Below, in pieces: positions 61,751-64,000 of a stretch of 64,000 nucleotides of DNA (position 1 is its first letter; each line of letters begins with the position of its first letter). A model generated the notes under the pieces. It saw only the letters and a list, made by a program, of their open reading frames with translations. It had not been told where the DNA came from and ran no database searches. Source of the DNA: Amoebophrya sp. A120 (taxonomy: Eukaryota > Protista > Dinoflagellata); the NCBI GenBank assembly GCA_905178155.1, contig CAJINV010000002.1:4955709-5019708 (forward strand), written 5' to 3'. The translations under genes were made by a program, and so were the position numbers.

Positions 61751-64000
61751 TCACGCTTCTGTACGCCCATCCCGCTCTTCCTCGAAGTAATCCGGACGAA
61801 AGAGCCCGGAGCTGGAAGCAGCTGCGAGTTCTTTCCCACCTCTCCGCACCGGCGCTTCCACCAAACCCGCTGCCACAGCAGTCTTTCTACCCATGGGGGT
61901 AAAACTGTAAAACCGCATGAAGTTCAACGGCGCGGCGATCCGCTTCCGTTTTGCGAGCGACCGCGCGTGGACCTGACCTAATAGTTTGACCGGCGTGTCG
62001 GACTTCACGGCCATAGACATGTCGTTGTGAAGCCCCTCATTCCCCCGGATGGAAAACTTCACGGTCTTTCCCTTGTCGGCAACCTCGATCGACATGCCCT
62101 GCTCGCTCAGCATTTTTGCCCCGGACGCGGGGAAGAACTCCTTTTGTCCCTTCACAACCGGCTGGATCGACTCGAGGAGAAAGCCTTGCTTGTTGGCCAT
62201 ATTCGGGTCGGTCTCGTCGGCCTCGAAATCAGGATCAATAACCCAGGACTATCAAATGTAAAAATGTCTGGGTCTGGAAGGTTGGAACTTGTGATGCTAA
62301 CTTTGAACTCTAAAAAAATCTGTATTGCATGACCAGCAAGAGGAGTCTAGTTTGTGCTACGCGGGGAGGGAATTTCTCATGCGGAATAGGCATCAGGAAG
62401 CCGTCTAAAAATCTGTGATGCTAGGTCGTGCATTACAGACATCCTGAGTCATGCAAAATATGCATGACAAACCCTGCAACATTCCAGACCCAGACATTTT
62501 TACATTTGATAAGGACAGTTGATAGTCGATTCGCTCCATCCGGACCATTTCCTGTTGCCCAGCATGATGATGATGATCTCTTTCACCAGCTCGGGAAGAA
62601 GCAACAGATGAGGAAACCGGTTTTTGCGACACCCGAATCCCGGTGAACTTTTTCGGCAAGAGATCCGAAACGCGCTCGCTATTCGGTGCGTACATCATGT
62701 TGACAATCGGGAGAAGAAATTTGTTCTTCTGGTTCGATTTGACCTGTCCGTTGTCGAACATCTCCCAGCACATCCGCTCCAGCCGGCGATAGTCGAAATC
62801 AACATTATTCTCGATTTTCCGTAACAAATCCAGCGATTGCTGCTCAGTCTTCGGAAAGAGCGTGAACTGCACCTGCAGTAATTCCTTCCCTTGTAACCCC
62901 TGGAACTGGTTTTCCGCCAAATTCGCGACTGCCACGTCCGGAAACCCGGCGCCGCCACCGGCACCCGCGGCGTCCGCGCGGTCTTCGGGCACGTGGTTCG
63001 GGAAGAAAAGCGGGGCGAGCTCCGGCAGATCGAGGTAGGCCATCTGCTTCTCTTTGTTTTCTCGTTTGTGGGACTGCAAAACGGCGGAATTTGTGCTCTC
63101 CGGCTCGTCGCTTTTACTCCCAGCGGTAGAAGTAGAGGACAACTGGTGCAACTTCTTGTCAAACAGGTTGAAGTTCTGCAGCAACATCCGTTCCACCACA
63201 CTGTACTGCTGCCACCCTTTCCCCGCAAAGTCCATCGAGAAGTGGATCCAGGAGGGGTAGTACCGAGTTGCCGAATCACGAAGCACCATCGCGTTCTGGC
63301 GGACCACCGGCGACCCATTCGGCACTAGAGCGACTGCGCGGGGCAGTTTCGTGATCAGGAAGTTGTTCATCCAATCGTAGGTGTCCTTTCTGGTCGGATA
63401 GTCGTTCTCCCAATCAAATTTCAACAGTCGCCCGCTCTGTTGGTCGCGCTGCTCAGGGTTGCGGATGCTCAGCCAGTAGGAATTTTCCTGCTTGTAGTCC
63501 TCGCTGTCTCCCATATCGTCCTTGACCAAGTCCATCGCGCGGTAGTCGTGAACCAAAAACGGGTGCAGGAACTTGTCCTGCAGGGAGGAGTCGGCGAGTT
63601 GCGGGATGAGTGCGTCTTTATTCACCTGCTGGAACTCTTTGGACAACCAGGTTAAATCCGTGTTCCCGCCGTTTGATAAGAACTGCGACGCTTTGTCTTG
63701 TCGTTTTTGCGCTACGGTCTTCGGCCGGCGCTTCGGCGGGGGGCCCAGGGGGGCGGCACCGCGCTGAACAGGGTCGTCTACTAAAGCGCGGTCTGGCTGT
63801 AATTGAACTTGTCCTCCTGCGGCCGCTCGCTCGGCCGCCCGCTGCTCCGCGAGCATCTCCGCGTTGCTGCGCGCGCCCCGGAACAAAACCTGCGGTCGGA
63901 CCGCATCCGCGGGGGTGGGCGGGAAACTCGACGGCGCTCGGGTGCTGATGTCCGAGAGCCGAGACACCTGGATCGAGGGGGTTTGCAGATAAGACATGGC
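61751..64000 (-). CDS. Hypothetical protein with 1 introner; may begin at ATG 63997 or beyond the right edge
   Basis: ORF 62405-63997 joins ORF 61751-62200 in frame (YQLS-WVIDPDFEADETDPNMANK). Confidence 0.7.
62250..62511. mobile_element. TIR introner, family A (262 bp; inverted relative to 22237 and 58908)
   Basis: Family A TIRs; TSD aggac/aggac. Confidence 0.93.

Noticed and set aside
2166-62511. CRISPR array or REP interpretation of the 30-bp repeats
   Set aside because: The repeats are inverted pairs dispersed in eukaryotic genes, with homologous interiors and no cas genes.

Overview
This is eukaryotic genomic DNA, most consistent with a syndinian dinoflagellate such as Amoebophrya (inferred from the gene layout, degenerate dinoflagellate spliced-leader copies and the intron type). 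About 12 protein-coding genes are all on the minus strand: a multi-EF-hand protein, a RING-H2 E3 ligase, a type I membrane protein with RGD repeats, NOM1/Sgd1, a coiled-coil protein, a multipass membrane protein, a degenerate Cid1/Trf4-like nucleotidyltransferase, a tropomodulin-like LRR protein, phosphatidylserine decarboxylase and several hypotheticals. The dominant feature is 27 non-coding elements of 150-410 bp in 8 terminal-inverted-repeat (TIR) families, all inside coding sequence. They share one geometry: 5-bp target duplication, TAT, TIR...TIR, ATA, 5-bp duplication. At the junctions translated by hand, removing an element plus one duplicate restores the reading frame, yet most have no possible GT-AG boundary. 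Near-identical copies occur in both orientations, and most families share an internal GCAT(G/C)ACA motif. These look like transposon-derived non-canonical introns (introners) removed by an unknown mechanism. Coordinates and gene models were worked out by hand without alignment tools.
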